Positions 61,849 to 64,000 of a stretch of DNA of 64,000 nucleotides are shown here, in pieces (the stretch's first letter is position 1; the number at the start of each line of letters is the position of its first letter). This stretch comes from Marsupella aquatica. Its lineage: Eukaryota > Plantae > Marchantiophyta. A program made the translations under genes and the position numbers. Below the pieces are notes generated by a model. That model did not search any database. It was not told where the DNA came from and saw only the letters and a program-made list of their open reading frames with translations. Location of the stretch: assembly GCA_973895155.1 (NCBI GenBank), contig OZ316892.1, forward strand, positions 19,541,869-19,605,868, in the 5' to 3' direction.

Positions 61849-64000
61849 ATGGCTTTGGCAGCAGATTCATCAGTAGGAAAGAGGGCTTTGTTGGCCAAGG
61901 AATGGATATCACAGAGCTCAGCATCGCAACAGCAACAGCAGTCGTCGCTGTCGTGCATGAAGAAGTCGGGAAGCAGAAGTAAGGAGGGTGTGGTGTCGCC
62001 GGAGAGGGCGAATGAAAGTGTTCTGTTCGCTGGAATGAATTTAGCGCATGTAGGTTCTGTGGAGGTAGTCTTACAGGCGCTTGATATTCCAGTGGGCACT
62101 GACAACGAGAAAGAGGATGGAATTCCTCCGCTGTCATCCACATTGATCAAATCAAAGAGCTCCAGGAGTACTTCAAGTACTGTCTCTGGAAGGCGTTCAG
62201 CTCATTTAGGGTCTTTGGAGGTAGATTTACAGGCGCTTGATGTGCTAATGTGCAGTCACAACCAAAACTGGGAGGATGAGATTCCTCCGCTGTCATCCAC
62301 GTTGATCAAATCAAAGAGCTCCAGGAGCACTTCTAGTAGTCTCTCGGGAAGGAGTTCAGCTCATTTAGGTTCTTTGGAGGTAGATTTACAGGCTCTTGAT
62401 GTCCCAATGTGCAGTCACAACCAGAACAGGGAAGATGGGCTTCCTCCGCTGTCTTCCACATTAATCAAAGCAAAGAGCTCCAGGAGTACCTCAAGTAGTG
62501 TTTCTGGAAGGAGTTCAGCTCATTTAGGTCCTTTGGAGGCAGGTTTACAGGCTCTTGATATGCCAATGTGCAGTCACTACCAAAACAGGGAGGATGAGTT
62601 TCCTCCGCTGTCTTCCACATTGAGTAAATCAAAGAGCTCCAGGAGTACCTCAAGTAGTCTCTCTGGAAGGAGTTCAGCTCATTTAGGTACTTTGGAGGTA
62701 GGTTTACGGGCCCTCGATATGCCATTGTGCACTCACAACCAGAACAGGGAGGATGGGTTTCCTCCGCTTACACCCACAGTCTCCCCTTTGATAAAATCAA
62801 AGAGCTCCAAGTCGTCGAGCAATCAGGGCAAGCGGGATGAGGGAATTCCTCCGCTGACATCCACCTGTTCCCCGCTGATCACATCGAACAGTTCCAAGTC
62901 TTCGAGTAACCAGGGCAGTCTTCAAGGGCTTGTGGTCGCACCAGATGGTGTTACTTTGGTCAAGGACAGAAGGAAGTGCAAGCCGAGGGGAGTCCTCACG
63001 GTGGGGCTTGAAACGTCCAGCGTTAGCAGTGATGGAGAAGTTGCTCTGCCAGTGCCCAGCCCTTCGATGGCCACTGTGGAGTGGGTGGACAAGCGCTGGA
63101 ACGATGCACTCTCCCCACAGCAATCCCACCCTGATGAGCTGAATCTTTCGTGTTCTACAGTCACCAGCAAGAGCGTGAGGAGCCCTCGAGTCGCTTTGAA
63201 TTTCGACTGCACAAAGGAGCTCCGAGTGAGGGACGTATGGTCAAACATCAGAGAGGTTGTTGACCTGCGGCCGGAGATTGTCCTCAGCATCCAGGAGTCG
63301 AATGACCTTAAGAAATCTGTTGAAGGTCGCAGCCCTGCAGACCTGATTTTTGTTGACAGTTATGTCTCCTTCCGACCACCTGAGTTGGCTAATGAGCTGT
63401 TATCTTCTGGTAAGGACTACTCTGTGTCCACGTCGTCAATCAAGCAGCAGCATCATAGATCAACTCAGGAAATTTCTCCTGAGAAACAGATGGTTTTTTC
63501 TGATACTGACCACTACCACGACCTTGACGTCCGCCAAAGCTTGCAATTGGAGCTACAGGATGATGTGAACGGTTCCTCCTCCGTTGAAATTAGCGAAAGG
63601 CCTTCTGATTATGGCTCAGACATGAACCCTCTCAAGCATTCTGAAACCAGACATTTGACGGTAGAAAGGGCTGAAACTCATTTGGGAGGGTCTAACAAGA
63701 ATGGTAGTGAATTAGGGTCTTTCTGCCCATTGTCTGTGTCACCTAGTCTGCTTGGATCCCCAGGAAATGAAGACGCAGATGTCCCACTCGGCTGCTTGAT
63801 TGATTTGGCTTGCGCTCGAGGTTCGCCCATCGTAATGCACAAGCATGGAGAGCGATTTGAAATCCGCGGTTCAGAGCTCTCCCAACTTTCTCCCGAGGAA
63901 CTGGTGGCAGAGACTCTCTACGAACTTGCCGCGGAGAACTTGAGAAAAACAAGGACTGCAGCAAGGACATTCAACTCTCCTGAAGAGAAGAAGTCACCGA
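61849..64000 (+). CDS. Long Ser-rich uncharacterised protein with 53-aa tandem repeats (partial, runs off the window)
   Basis: Hand translation from ATG 61849 (MALAADSSVGKRALLAKEWISQ...) gives no stop through base 64000 (717 codons). It contains the motif DRRKCKPRGVLTVG...PSPSMATVEW. Confidence 0.85.
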   Translation, partial: MALAADSSVGKRALLAKEWISQSSASQQQQQSSLSCMKKSGSRSKEGVVSPERANESVLFAGMNLAHVGSVEVVLQALDIPVGTDNEKEDGIPPLSSTLIKSKSSRSTSSTVSGRRSAHLGSLEVDLQALDVLMCSHNQNWEDEIPPLSSTLIKSKSSRSTSSSLSGRSSAHLGSLEVDLQALDVPMCSHNQNREDGLPPLSSTLIKAKSSRSTSSSVSGRSSAHLGPLEAGLQALDMPMCSHYQNREDEFPPLSSTLSKSKSSRSTSSSLSGRSSAHLGTLEVGLRALDMPLCTHNQNREDGFPPLTPTVSPLIKSKSSKSSSNQGKRDEGIPPLTSTCSPLITSNSSKSSSNQGSLQGLVVAPDGVTLVKDRRKCKPRGVLTVGLETSSVSSDGEVALPVPSPSMATVEWVDKRWNDALSPQQSHPDELNLSCSTVTSKSVRSPRVALNFDCTKELRVRDVWSNIREVVDLRPEIVLSIQESNDLKKSVEGRSPADLIFVDSYVSFRPPELANELLSSGKDYSVSTSSIKQQHHRSTQEISPEKQMVFSDTDHYHDLDVRQSLQLELQDDVNGSSSVEISERPSDYGSDMNPLKHSETRHLTVERAETHLGGSNKNGSELGSFCPLSVSPSLLGSPGNEDADVPLGCLIDLACARGSPIVMHKHGERFEIRGSELSQLSPEELVAETLYELAAENLRKTRTAARTFNSPEEKKSP
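62044..62910 (+). repeat. Coding tandem repeat, 159-bp (53-aa) unit, about 4.6 copies plus two short partial units
   Basis: gctcatttagg occurs at 62200, 62359, 62518 and 62677, exactly 159 bp apart. A diverged first copy starts at 62044. Confidence 0.95.

Noticed and set aside
62044-62800. Non-coding satellite, or the minus-strand ORFs 62465-62725 and 61818-62150 as genes
   Set aside because: The period is an exact multiple of 3 within a long open plus-strand frame. The minus-strand ORFs are antisense shadows.

Overview
Eukaryotic nuclear DNA from a land plant, with multi-exon genes and GT-AG introns. A bryophyte (liverwort-like) source is my inference from gene style, not something I can verify. 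Recognisable genes: a Myb/SANT (trihelix-like) plus AT-hook protein, an AMSH-type JAMM deubiquitinase (14 exons), COQ10 (4 exons), a Ca2+/calmodulin-dependent NAD kinase of the zeta-toxin-like P-loop type (8 exons), LTD (2 exons), an OPI10/Hikeshi homolog (2 exons) and a PH1-like pleckstrin-homology protein. There is a partial tail-anchored coiled-coil CDS at the left edge. At the right edge is a >700-aa open frame with 53-aa repeats that the ORF track misses because it runs off the window. Mobile DNA: one full-length, recently inactivated 6.8-kb L1-clade LINE with a perfect 17-bp target-site duplication, four small TIR elements (MITEs), a 2.5-kb foldback structure and many local tandem duplications. 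The most intriguing item is an inverted pair of intronless, secreted, Cys-rich small-protein genes (one intact, one frameshifted and truncated) with no plant family I recognise and a motif layout reminiscent of fungal small secreted proteins. No rRNA, tRNA or CRISPR array was found. All coordinates and alignments were done by eye.
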